DNA from: Acidobacteriota bacterium
GTDB taxonomy: Bacteria > Acidobacteriota > Blastocatellia > Pyrinomonadales > Pyrinomonadaceae
Assembly: GCA_003222945.1 (NCBI GenBank)
Contig: QHXM01000063.1
Coordinates: 186 to 64,185, forward strand
Direction: 5' to 3'
Length of the DNA: 64,000 bases
Positions within the stretch are counted from its first letter, which is position 1. Every line of letters starts with the position of its first letter. The notes beneath the pieces are model-generated. The model was not told where the DNA came from and ran no database searches. It worked only from the letters and a program-made list of their open reading frames with translations. This document shows, piece after piece, positions 18,064-27,800 of this stretch. Made by a program: the position numbers and the translations under genes.

Positions 18064-18436
18064 GGTCACCTCGCCGTGATAGAGTTTCAAAGACGTGCAA
18101 TCTACGAGTCGGCAATTAACTCTTTACTGTTTCAATACAGAATAATATTTTTGTGTTCGATTGCAATGGCTGTGTGCAACGATCTCTGACAACCAGGGCT
18201 GCGGCGAAATGGACGCGTGCGGTGAATGAAGTTAAGGAATGCCGCCCCATGCTGGCCCATGCTGCCCCGTTTTCTTGTGATTCGCAAAGGGTATGGGTTC
18301 AATTTTCAGAGTCGATTATGAATTCAGGGCGGTATTAATTGAACATCATCAGACTAACATGATAGTGGAACAGTGCTTGCTGAGAAGTTTTTGGAGCTTT
18401 CGCGCTCGAACTCTATTCGTTCGGCCCCGACAATAG

Positions 18437-18826
18437 ATGAGGACCATAAGGAAAACCTCAATTCTTTACTTAGATGACGAACAGGCGTGTCTGGACGTTT
18501 TCCGGCAACTGTTTGAAGACGAATATGACGTGCGGACGGTCTCGACTCTGAAGGATGCGCGCGAGGCTCTTGATAAAGAGAGGTTCGATATTGTCATCAG
18601 CGACCAGCAGATGCCTGAGATTGATGGGCTGACCTTCTTGCGCGAAGTCGCAAGCGCTCACCCGGAGAGTTTTCGCATGATGCTCACGGGGAGCATAGGC
18701 GTTGGCGAAGTGATAAGAGAGGTCGGCGCGGGCGTCATACATCTTTTCGTCACAAAGCCCTGGATTGAGCATAGCATGAGGCAGGCGCTTGAGCGCGCGA
18801 ACATGCCGAAGACGAAGCGCAATTAG
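18437..18826 (+). CDS. single-domain response regulator (CheY-like receiver)
   Basis: LYLDDE acidic pocket, phospho-acceptor context DIVISDQQMPEIDG, conserved T and K (KPW). Confidence 0.8.
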   Translation: MRTIRKTSILYLDDEQACLDVFRQLFEDEYDVRTVSTLKDAREALDKERFDIVISDQQMPEIDGLTFLREVASAHPESFRMMLTGSIGVGEVIREVGAGVIHLFVTKPWIEHSMRQALERANMPKTKRN

Positions 18827-18950
18827 AGAGTCTCGCTAATCAAGCCAAGCTTCTTTGGGCGAGCGCGTCTGGTTTCAAACAAACGCGGCAGCGCCAAACG
18901 ATGAACTGAAAGACAAATGCTTTTCAATTCCGCGTTCATCGTCTGCTTTT

Positions 18951-20159
18951 CTACTGCCAACGAAATATCTTGAGCGCGATGATGAAGCTTATTACGCACC
19001 AGGCAAGCAGGATAGAGACGGTGGCCCAGCTTGTCATAACCGATGCCCCGTCGTTCATGACTGCGCGCAGGGAATCGTTGAGCGCCGTTAGCGGCAGAGC
19101 CTTTATGAAAGGCTGAAGAAAATTCGGGAAGCGCGCAGATGAAAAGAACGTGCCCGACAACAACCACATGGGCATCATCACAAGATTCATCAAGCCGGAC
19201 ACTCCCTCGATTGTTTTCGGTCGTGAGGCTACGAGCAATCCTACACCTGAAAACGTCAGCGCGCCGAGCAAGAGGAGGAACGCCATTCCAAGCAACGAGC
19301 CGTGTATCGTAAAACCGAACGTGAACCATGCGAAGGCAATGACGGCTGCTACTTCAAGAATCAGAAAGAAGAGGCGCGAGAGAACGAACGAGAGCAGATA
19401 GTGTGAGCGACGCATCGGAGTCGCAGCGAAACGCTTGAGTAGTTTTCTGGTCCGCGCGTTTACCACAGCGAAGCCGACGCCCCATAGACCGCTTCCCATC
19501 AGGTTCATCCCCAGCAGACCCGGAATCAGAAAATCTATGTACCGCGCTCCAGGCTCTGTTATCGTCTCATCATTCGATTGCGTAACATCCCGCCGCCCCG
19601 CAGCACGCTCCAAAGCATCGTCAACAACCATGCGCGCCTGCCTGCTCTCTGTTCTTGTAGGATCGAAGCGATAGGAGAAGGACGCGTAGAGGGAGAGGCG
19701 CGAAGACGCGGAGGCATCATTACTGTTCGCAGCGTCACTGTGTCCCCGTGCCGCCGCGTCTTCGTCAACAGATGGGCGCACGACGAGCGCGACCTTTCCG
19801 CTTCGCAAAGCTTGCTGAGCTTCCGCAGGTGAAAGCTCTACGACATCCAGATCGCTTGAGCGTGAGAGCGCATCCGCCGCTTGAGCGGAAGCCGAAGCCG
19901 CCGTCTCGTTTCTTTCGACTGCGACACGAATCTTTTGTGGTCCTGTGTTGCGAAAAGCTATGCCGAGCGCGAAGACCAGAAGTATAGGAAAGATGAAGAC
20001 CCAGAAGATTACTTCAGGCTCGCGCAATGTCTCGCGCACGCGAGCAATCGTCAACTCCCATAGAGGATGAAAACGCTTCGCGTTAGCAGCCTCCGGCGCT
20101 TTCGCAACCACCTGCTCTCTTTCAATTTTAGTTCCGTTAATTATTCCCTGTTCAGACAT
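18951..20159 (-). CDS. ABC-2 type transporter permease
   Basis: 402 aa, 6 predicted TM with a long loop after TM1. Overlaps the ATPase gene by 8 nt. Confidence 0.8.
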   Translation of the reverse strand: MSEQGIINGTKIEREQVVAKAPEAANAKRFHPLWELTIARVRETLREPEVIFWVFIFPILLVFALGIAFRNTGPQKIRVAVERNETAASASAQAADALSRSSDLDVVELSPAEAQQALRSGKVALVVRPSVDEDAAARGHSDAANSNDASASSRLSLYASFSYRFDPTRTESRQARMVVDDALERAAGRRDVTQSNDETITEPGARYIDFLIPGLLGMNLMGSGLWGVGFAVVNARTRKLLKRFAATPMRRSHYLLSFVLSRLFFLILEVAAVIAFAWFTFGFTIHGSLLGMAFLLLLGALTFSGVGLLVASRPKTIEGVSGLMNLVMMPMWLLSGTFFSSARFPNFLQPFIKALPLTALNDSLRAVMNDGASVMTSWATVSILLAWCVISFIIALKIFRWQ

Positions 20160-21102
20160 CGCGTAACATTCTTCCCGTAAGGCTTACAAAAACATCTTCG
20201 AGCGTGGCCTGATGCGTGGTCAACGAGACAAGCTCCGCCCGCTCTTGCTCAAGTTCAGAAAGAAGAGCGGGCAGCGCCGCGCCTATGTCTTGAACCGTCA
20301 GCGCATAGCCATCACCGTTTGCACGCACACGACGCACGCCGGACAGTCGCTCCAGAGCATCCTTTTCAACTTTACCTTTGACGCTGAACTCAACTATCTG
20401 GTCCGCATCAAGCGACGCTATCAACTCCGCTGGAGTGCCCGAAGCAATCACGTGGCCGTGATCCATAATCGCAACGCGGTCGCAGAGTCGAGCGGCCTCT
20501 TCCATGTAGTGCGTCGTCAAAATAACTGAGCCTCCGCCCGCGCGAAACTGCTCAACTATGTCCCAGAGTTTCAGTCTCGCCTGCGGGTCAAGCCCCGTTG
20601 TAGGCTCGTCCAGAAAGAGCAGATCAGGGTCGCCAGCCATTGCGCACGCGAGCGCGAGTCGCTGCTTCTGCCCGCCCGAAAGTTTCCCAACGCGCGCGTC
20701 GCGCTTTTCATTCAACTCGACAAGATTAATTATGCTGTCAACGTCGCGGCCTCGTTTGTAAAAGCTGCGAAAGAGTTGGACCGTCTCTTTAACGGTGAGC
20801 TTTTCGGCCAACTGCGTCTCCTGCAACTGCACGCCAAAGCGGTTGCGCAAAGCCGTATCGCGCCCTTTGCCCCAAGCCTCGCCTAGCACTTCGACCGTGC
20901 CGCCATCGGGCTTCGTCAGCCCTTCAAAAATCTCAACGGTCGTAGTTTTCCCTGCGCCGTTCGGTCCGAGAAGTCCGAAGCACTCGCCCATGCGAACTTC
21001 CAGGTCAATGCCGTCAACAGCTACTACATCAGGATAGCGTTTGACCAATCGGACGCAGCTAAGCGCGGCTTGCTCTATGTTATTTGAGCGAAGAGTATTC
21101 AT
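20152..21102 (-). CDS. ABC transporter ATP-binding protein (DrrA/CcmA-like)
   Basis: Walker A GPNGAGKTT, signature LSGGQKQRL, Walker B LLFLDEPTTGLD. Confidence 0.9.
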   Translation of the reverse strand: MNTLRSNNIEQAALSCVRLVKRYPDVVAVDGIDLEVRMGECFGLLGPNGAGKTTTVEIFEGLTKPDGGTVEVLGEAWGKGRDTALRNRFGVQLQETQLAEKLTVKETVQLFRSFYKRGRDVDSIINLVELNEKRDARVGKLSGGQKQRLALACAMAGDPDLLFLDEPTTGLDPQARLKLWDIVEQFRAGGGSVILTTHYMEEAARLCDRVAIMDHGHVIASGTPAELIASLDADQIVEFSVKGKVEKDALERLSGVRRVRANGDGYALTVQDIGAALPALLSELEQERAELVSLTTHQATLEDVFVSLTGRMLRDV

Positions 21103-21208
21103 ATGGTGTGCATCGTCGTAAACGAATACCTTGCCTCAATCGTTCCCTCATTGCAAGTTCGCATAAAGGATAATCCTGCGCGGCTCAAGTTGAAAAAGCC
21201 CATGCGGG

Positions 21209-22450
21209 ATGTTACCGTTTTGCGCGTTTTCTAATACCGTGATTACTTACGAAAAAGAGCAGGCGCACACCCTTCTTGCGCTAGACCATAATCTACAGCC
21301 TTACTTTTCAGAGCTTGAAAAGTTCGCTTCGACAAAAGCTCTGAGAGCATCGCCGCTTTATGCGCGGCTCAAGCCTGAGATTGAAAGAGTCCTTAACGCG
21401 GTCGCGCAGGAAAATTTCGCGCCCGAAGCGATTAAGAAATCTGCCAGCAACCCGTTCATTCGCGCGACCTCGTGGAACATCGAGCGCGGTCTTCGTCTTG
21501 ACAGCATCATTCGTCTCTTCAAAGAGCATACGGTCATCAGCCGCAGCGACGTTCTGCTGCTCACGGAGCTTGATTACGGGATGGCGCGCACTGGAAATCG
21601 CTTCGTCGCGGGCGAGATTGCCGAAGCGATTCGCTTCAATTATGTCTTCGCGCCCTGCTATATAAACCTGAACAAAGGCAGCGGCCTTGAAGTTCACGCT
21701 CCTGGTGAGAACAAGCAGGCGCTTCACGGCAACGCTCTCTTCTCGCGTTACCCTCTAAGACGCGCGCACTCGATTGCGCTGCCCAACGGCAAGGACAAGA
21801 TGAGAGGCAAGGAGAAAAGGCTGGGTCAACAGACCGCCGTAGTGGCAGACGTAGAGCACCCGCTTGGAACGGTGCGAATGGTTAGCCTTCATCTGGACGC
21901 GCACTCCACGCAGCGACACCGTCATCTTCAAATGAAGATCGTTTTGGATCATCTGGACACCTTGCGCCCGCAGCTTCCCATTCTGATTGGCGGCGACTGG
22001 AACACTTCGACCTACAACTCGCGCCGCGCGGTCTATTCAATCATTGGTTTCACGCGTCGCGTGATGATGGGCGTGGGCCACGTCATAGAGAATCACTATC
22101 TGAATCCTGCGCGTTGGTTTGAGCGCGGGCTTTTCCGCGAGATTGAAAAGCGCGGCTACGATTACAGAAATCTGAACGTGCCGAAAACGGGAACGCTTCA
22201 TTACGATGTGAAGGATTTAGCTGTCAACACGAACATGGCCGACTGGGTCCCGCGCTGGTGCTTCTGGTTTATCAGCCGTGCCCTTGAGCCGTATGGCGGT
22301 CGCTGCTCGCTAAAACTGGATTGGTTCGCGGGAAAAGGCGTAAAGCCCTGCGCGGAAAATCCTCCGCGCGTAGTTGGGAATCTTAACGACGATGCAGGTA
22401 AGCTCTCAGACCACGACGCGATTGTGCTGGACTTTATTCCGGTGAAGTAA
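21209..22450 (+). CDS. endonuclease/exonuclease/phosphatase (EEP) family protein
   Basis: SWNIERG near the domain start, LLTELD, HGNALFSRYPL, and terminal SDHDAIVLDF, which are typical EEP catalytic motifs. Confidence 0.75.
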   Translation: MLPFCAFSNTVITYEKEQAHTLLALDHNLQPYFSELEKFASTKALRASPLYARLKPEIERVLNAVAQENFAPEAIKKSASNPFIRATSWNIERGLRLDSIIRLFKEHTVISRSDVLLLTELDYGMARTGNRFVAGEIAEAIRFNYVFAPCYINLNKGSGLEVHAPGENKQALHGNALFSRYPLRRAHSIALPNGKDKMRGKEKRLGQQTAVVADVEHPLGTVRMVSLHLDAHSTQRHRHLQMKIVLDHLDTLRPQLPILIGGDWNTSTYNSRRAVYSIIGFTRRVMMGVGHVIENHYLNPARWFERGLFREIEKRGYDYRNLNVPKTGTLHYDVKDLAVNTNMADWVPRWCFWFISRALEPYGGRCSLKLDWFAGKGVKPCAENPPRVVGNLNDDAGKLSDHDAIVLDFIPVK

Positions 22451-22470
22451 TATTTAATGGAGTATAAATT

Positions 22471-22579
22471 AACCACAGAGGTCACAGAGAGCACAGAGGA
22501 AAGCAATGTCAGATAGAAAATTGAAGCCTCAAATCTGCTATCTCAAATTCTCTACAAATCCTCTGTGTTCCTCTGTGGT
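22471..22579. repeat. CACAGAGG-word palindromic intergenic element, copy 2
   Basis: AACCACAGAGGTCACAGAGAGCACAGAGGA ... TCCTCTGTGTTCCTCTGTGGT followed by AAAATTATCG. Same orientation and layout as 315-422. Confidence 0.7.
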
Positions 22580-22635
22580 GAAAATTATCGCTAGATCGCA
22601 CTCAAGTTAATTTGAAAGCGTCCTGAAGGAAAAGC

Positions 22636-24084
22636 ATGAAAACATCTCTATCGGTAGAACAGACGCGCGAGATTTCACAGAGACTCCGGGAGGCGAACAA
22701 CCATTTCGCCGAACGCTACAGGGGCGAGACAGGCCGCCGCCAGCCCGTTCACACGGTTTACGGCGGCGCGCACCTTTTCAAATCGGATTCCGCGAAACGG
22801 CTTGGCGAATTAGCGCGCCGCTCGCTGGAACAGTTCGCGCCGGATTTTCTGACCTTCGCAAAAGCTGTAGGATTGCCCGGCTCGGAAACTCTCCCTGTCG
22901 CGCTAGACGAATCTGATGCACTGACGGCGTGGCTCTATGTGAACCCGGACCAGGTCAGAAGCGAGAACAAACCACTGTGGCTTGCGCGCACGATTTACAA
23001 TCGCGTCACGGAGAAACTGCGCCGCGAGCCTGTCGAAGATTTTCGTATTGATTTCGAGGACGGCTACGGCAATCGCCCTGACGATGAAGAGGATGGTCAC
23101 GCCGCTTCTGCCGCCGCTGAAGTTGCCGCCGGGATGAGCGAAAGGACTCTTCCGCCATTCATAGGCATTCGCATAAAACCTTTCACTGAAGAACTGCGCG
23201 AGCGAAGCCTTCGCACGCTGGACATCTTTCTTACAACGCTTGTTGAAAAGAGCGGCGGTCATCTTCCAGACAACTTCGTAGTCACGCTTCCAAAAGTTGT
23301 AATGCCTGAACAGGTCGCGGCCCTTGCGGACATCTTCGATCTTCTTGAGCCTGCAACGGGTTTGCCGACAGGCTCGCTCAAGATGGAGATGATGATCGAG
23401 ACGACGCAGGCAATTATTAACGAGCGGGGCGAATCCAACTTGCCGCTTATGCTGGATGCTGCGCGCGGTCACTGCATTGCAGCGCACTTTGGAACTTATG
23501 ACTACACTGCAAGCTGCAACATCACAGCCGCGCACCAGCACATGACGCACCCCGCTTGCGATTTCGCACGCAACATGATGCAGGTAGCTTTCGGCGGAAC
23601 AGGGCTGTGGCTTTCGGATGGCGCGACCAACATAATGCCTGTCGCGCCGCATAAGGCTTTTGAAGGCGCGGAGCTAACGCTCGAACAGGTTGAAGAGAAT
23701 CGCGCGACGGTCTTTCGCGCTTGGCGGCTTCACTACGATCACATACAGCACTCGCTCGTGAACGCTTACTATCAGGGCTGGGACTTGCACCCCGCGCAAT
23801 TGCCCACGCGCTATGCTGCAATCTACGCCTTCTTCCTTGACAGCCTGGAAGCCGCGTCCGAGCGTTTGAAGAATTTCGTTGAGAAGGCCGCGAAGGCCAC
23901 CTTAGTTGGCGACGTTTTCGACGATGCTGCTACGGGCCAAGGCTTACTCAACTACTTCCTGCGCGCAATCAATAGCGGCGCGATTACTGAACAGGAGGCA
24001 ATGTCTCTATCAAGCTTGACACTACAAGAGCTTCGCTCCGGCTCTTTCGTCAAAATTCTAAAAGGCAGGCAGAAGTTGAGCTAG
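22636..24084 (+). CDS. conserved protein with weak HpcH/HpaI-aldolase / citrate-lyase-beta-like features
   Basis: 482-aa clean ORF. FRIDFEDGYG resembles the metal/substrate D-x-E-D motif of that TIM-barrel family. The function call is tentative. Confidence 0.45.
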   Translation: MKTSLSVEQTREISQRLREANNHFAERYRGETGRRQPVHTVYGGAHLFKSDSAKRLGELARRSLEQFAPDFLTFAKAVGLPGSETLPVALDESDALTAWLYVNPDQVRSENKPLWLARTIYNRVTEKLRREPVEDFRIDFEDGYGNRPDDEEDGHAASAAAEVAAGMSERTLPPFIGIRIKPFTEELRERSLRTLDIFLTTLVEKSGGHLPDNFVVTLPKVVMPEQVAALADIFDLLEPATGLPTGSLKMEMMIETTQAIINERGESNLPLMLDAARGHCIAAHFGTYDYTASCNITAAHQHMTHPACDFARNMMQVAFGGTGLWLSDGATNIMPVAPHKAFEGAELTLEQVEENRATVFRAWRLHYDHIQHSLVNAYYQGWDLHPAQLPTRYAAIYAFFLDSLEAASERLKNFVEKAAKATLVGDVFDDAATGQGLLNYFLRAINSGAITEQEAMSLSSLTLQELRSGSFVKILKGRQKLS

Positions 24085-24128
24085 AATTATGAGCGGAACA
24101 ATTTAGTGATTGGGGCGTCTAATAAGTA

Positions 24129-24192
24129 AGTACCGCCTGCGGTAGCGGGCGGGTTAGGGATACATCACCCGCCCGCTACCGCAGGCGGTACT
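24129..24192. repeat. 25-bp perfect hairpin with self-complementary arms
   Basis: AGTACCGCCTGCGGTAGCGGGCGGG-14 nt-CCCGCCCGCTACCGCAGGCGGTACT. Each arm contains TACCGC..GCGGTA. Lies 45 nt after the upstream stop. Confidence 0.65.
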
Positions 24193-24234
24193 GATTCCGC
24201 AGACACATTCAATGCGATATTGTAGGGCTTCTAT

Positions 24235-24768
24235 ATGAGACAGCATCAAATCATAAAAGCCATCGTGCTGGCTCTCCTTTTCATTGCCACCTTAAATCTT
24301 GGTGCGCAATTTTATCGGGAATATCGCCAAGAGCTAGAGCTACAGAGATTGCAGGAGGAGCATCCCGGAATCACAGTTTGCAGGCTTGGAGGCCCGCCAA
24401 TAGATGTATCCTCACGCCTTTATATTGAATTAGCTTTGGTAGCTGCCTTTATTGGAATTGGGCTAAAGAGATTCCAATCCAAATTATTCTACTTTGTAGG
24501 TTTGATTGGTGTAGCCGTCACTTATTTCTTTTGGTGGAAATATCACTTTCGAATAGCTGAGAATGCCGGAATTAGGATCGGGTGGGGGAATCATATTGCT
24601 TACTTGAACGAAGCTAATTATTGGGACATTTGTATCGCAGTTTCTATTGCCCTGCTATTACTTTGGGAGTTTAGTTGCGCAATACTCTCATTATTCCGTA
24701 CGAATTCCTCAACCACACTCAACTCAAACAGGTCCGACGCCACATCCTCGTCTGAAAAGCAAGGATGA
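24235..24768 (+). CDS. hypothetical membrane protein (177 aa, about 4 TM)
   Basis: Hydrophobic segments and visibly AT-richer codon usage. No family recognised. Confidence 0.55.
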   Translation: MRQHQIIKAIVLALLFIATLNLGAQFYREYRQELELQRLQEEHPGITVCRLGGPPIDVSSRLYIELALVAAFIGIGLKRFQSKLFYFVGLIGVAVTYFFWWKYHFRIAENAGIRIGWGNHIAYLNEANYWDICIAVSIALLLLWEFSCAILSLFRTNSSTTLNSNRSDATSSSEKQG

Positions 24769-24836
24769 AGGATGAAGAAAAGGGGAAAGGGAAAGGATTT
24801 TAACCTTTCCCCTGCTCTCTTTCATCCCTCATCCCT
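24761..24836. repeat. GGATGAAG/GGGAAAGG-word hairpin between convergent genes
   Basis: AAGGATGAAGGATGAAGAAAAGGGGAAAGGGAAAGG ... CCTTTCCCCTGCTCTCTTTCATCCCTCATCCCTT. Overlaps the stop of the 24235 gene and ends 5 nt before the stop of the giant gene. Confidence 0.7.
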
Positions 24837-24841
24837 TTTTC

Positions 24842-27800
24842 TTACTGCCCGAATCTCAGGTCGTACTCAACGGAATTGATGAAGCCGTTGACGAGGATTC
24901 GGTAGTCGTTTGTTTGATTCAGAATTTGAATCCATTGCTGGTAGAGAATGTCTGGATCGCGGCGCAGGTATCCGAAGTATTGCATTACGACGAACGCCTG
25001 ATTGTAGAACTTCTGATAGACCTCTGCGCTCTCAACTATGGCGCGCAATGCTTGACCGCGCGTTAGTTGATTCGATTGTAACTGATTAACTATCTGATCG
25101 CGGTTCGCAGGAGTCACTCCGGCTGCCGCTGAAATCGCATCAACGTAAGCTGCTGCATCAGCAATCTGCCCGTACTTCTGCTGGAATTCACTTCTCGTCA
25201 TGAACTCAGTGATGAAATCCACCTTCGCCTGCTCCTGCTGCTGCGGATCAAGGAAGCCGCTGACCTTCTGCATATCTCGCATGAACTCCAGATAGTGCGG
25301 AATCCTGCCCACAGCAGAGTAGAAGCGATAGATGAAGTAGCCGCGCGTTTGAAACTCCTGCGAGCGATAGAAGGCTGATGATACTTCTATGCGATCGCAC
25401 TTTGTATCATTGGGAGCGCACTTGCTCAGTATATCCTGCCAGCCCTGGAAGCCCGCCGCGTCTGGCTCGCGGTTTAGAAAATCGTGATACTGCTGGCGCA
25501 CGAAGTTCTGTGTGTCCACGATTGCGTTCGCAGCCTTCGGGTCACTGTCGTTGTCCATGACTGTAACCTGCGCCACGCTCTGCGCTCCCAGAGTTGCGCC
25601 CACAGGATTACTTAAGGTGAGCGTTAAGGTTTCATCGCCCTCGACGTATGAGTCTTCGTTCACGAGCAAGGTCAAGCTCTTTGCGGTTTCGCCCGGAGCG
25701 AAATGCAGAGTGCCAAGCAGCAATGTGTAGTCTGTTCGCTGACTGGCTGTGCCGTCGGAGGTCGCGTAGTCAACGAATGCGTCCTTAGAAGTGTCGCCCG
25801 TGCGCGTGACGTTGATCAGTTTGAAGTGGCTGCCCTCTGAGACGCTGTAGCTAGGTTGCTCTAGCTGCACGGTTGATGGCTGCGGGTCATTGTCTATGAT
25901 GGTCAGTACAGCCGTTTTGGTCGAGCCGAGTTGCGCGCCACCCATCGGATTGCTCAGTATGAGATTAACAGTCTCGTCAGGTTCGTTCGTCTGGTCATCC
26001 GTAATCGTCACGGTGAAGGTTTTGTCGGACGTGTCACCATCGGCCCAGTTGAGTGTGCCGTTGGTCAAAGTGTAATCAGAGCCTACGGTCGCCGTGCCGC
26101 CTGCGGCTGTAGCGTATTGGATGGAGACTGCTCCGAAGCTGCCGTTTGTCCGCTTAACAGTGATTGTAGCCTGTCCGCCGCTCTCATTGATGCTGTAAGC
26201 GGATGTGCTGAAAGCTATTGTTCCTGCCGGAGCCGCGTCGTCATTTTGAATCGTGCATGTGCCTTGAGACTTGGCGATTGCGGCATTCGTGGGGTTCGAG
26301 AGATTGACGAAGAAAGTTTCGTCCGGCTCGAACTGCGTGTCGCCGACGACGTTTACTGTGATGCTCTGCGAGGTCTGTCCGGGGTTGAAAGTAAGCGCGC
26401 CCGTTTTGAAAATATAATCGCTCTGCGAAGTCGCCGTGCCGTTGGCTGTCGCGTAGCTGACCGTGACGGGCAGAGAATAAACAGACGAGAGCGTTACCGT
26501 GAAGGTCGCCCTCTTCTGGCCGCTGTTGCCTTCCGTAACCTGTATGTCGTTGATGGAAAGCGAGGGCGTCGTCGCGCCCAAAGGCATAGAGAAAGAGAAC
26601 TCGGAGGTATCACCTGTCGTCAGGTTCGTCGCCGTTGCAGAGACAAAGCGCCCGGACGGGACGAGTGGCAATTGCGCGCTGAAGTTGGCTATGCCCTTAG
26701 CGTCAGTAGTCACGCTAAGAGAGCCTAAGTAAGTCTCGCCTTCACCGTAGCCCAAAGCATTAGGCTGTGCGTTGCTGAAGAACTCAAGGCTAAACTGCGT
26801 GCCTGGCGTGCTGTCCAGAAAACCTTGCGATGTAGTGCTGTTACCGCTTGTCGTGACCGACGTGATCACAGGATAGTTCTGCTGATTGTTCGCGCCGGTG
26901 TCGCCATCGCCTTGATCGTTTAGAGTCACACCAGTTGTCCCCAAGTCTATGCCTAAGCCTTTGTTGGAAGTGATTGAATTAGAACTAATAGAGTTGCCCG
27001 TACCATTGTAGATATAGACTCCGGAGTGACCGTTAAAAGCGATGGAATTACCCGCTTGGCCGCCGATCACATTTTTGCTTGCCCCAATCTCCACCTCCAC
27101 GCCGTCTTTGGCATTTCCCAAAGCGGTAATATTGTCGCTCGCATAGCCAATCTTATTTCCCATAACCAGATTGCCGGTCCCGACGGCAATATGGACGCCT
27201 GCGCTGGAGTTGGCCGAAATGTAGTTGCCAGCGCCCGCGCTCGTTCCCCCGACGACATTATTCGAGCCGCTTAACAGAACACCATCGCCTCCGTTAGGAA
27301 GAGCGGCCATGCCCGTAATATCAGTGCCGATGTAATTGCCGGAAATGATAACGCCGGAACTTTGTGAGCCTACGTTAATGCCTGAACCTTTATTGCCGGA
27401 GATGATATTACGTTCGGCAGGAGTCGTGCCGCCGATTTTTGCGACGTTCGGGAGTGTGGCAGTGATTTGAATTCCGTCAGAGTTGGCGAGCGCCACTTTC
27501 CCCGTGACATCAGTGCCGATCAGGTTTCCCTGCACCATTACTCCTGAAACGCTGCCGTCGAGCCAGATGCCAGTGCTGTTGCCGGAGATCAGGTTTCCTG
27601 CGCCCGGCGCACTTCCGCCGATTAGATTATTGGATAAGGACGGACTTACGCCTCCCATATATATTCCATAGGCGTTGTTTGCAAGCGCCACCGTGCCGCT
27701 AGAGTCCGTGCCGATAAAGTTTCCCTGAATCACATTGTCAGTTGCGCCTGCATAGGTCATGTAGATGGAGAAGCTTGCGTCGCCAGAGATTATGTTTCGT

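Noticed and set aside
17856-18436. Integrated mobile element or prophage at tRNA-Lys
   Set aside because: There is no integrase, excisionase or phage ORF and no visible att-type repeat of the tRNA 3' end. I kept it only as a low-interest compositional observation.
25931-26728. 265-aa plus-strand ORF antisense to the giant gene, and similar long antisense ORFs (22903-23652, 39653-40300, 40973-41482, 52471-53040, 53929-54741, 58256-58915, 60413-60901)
   Set aside because: They are typical shadow ORFs of GC-rich coding DNA. They are Arg/Cys/His-rich and motif-free, and each is fully contained in a well-supported gene on the other strand.
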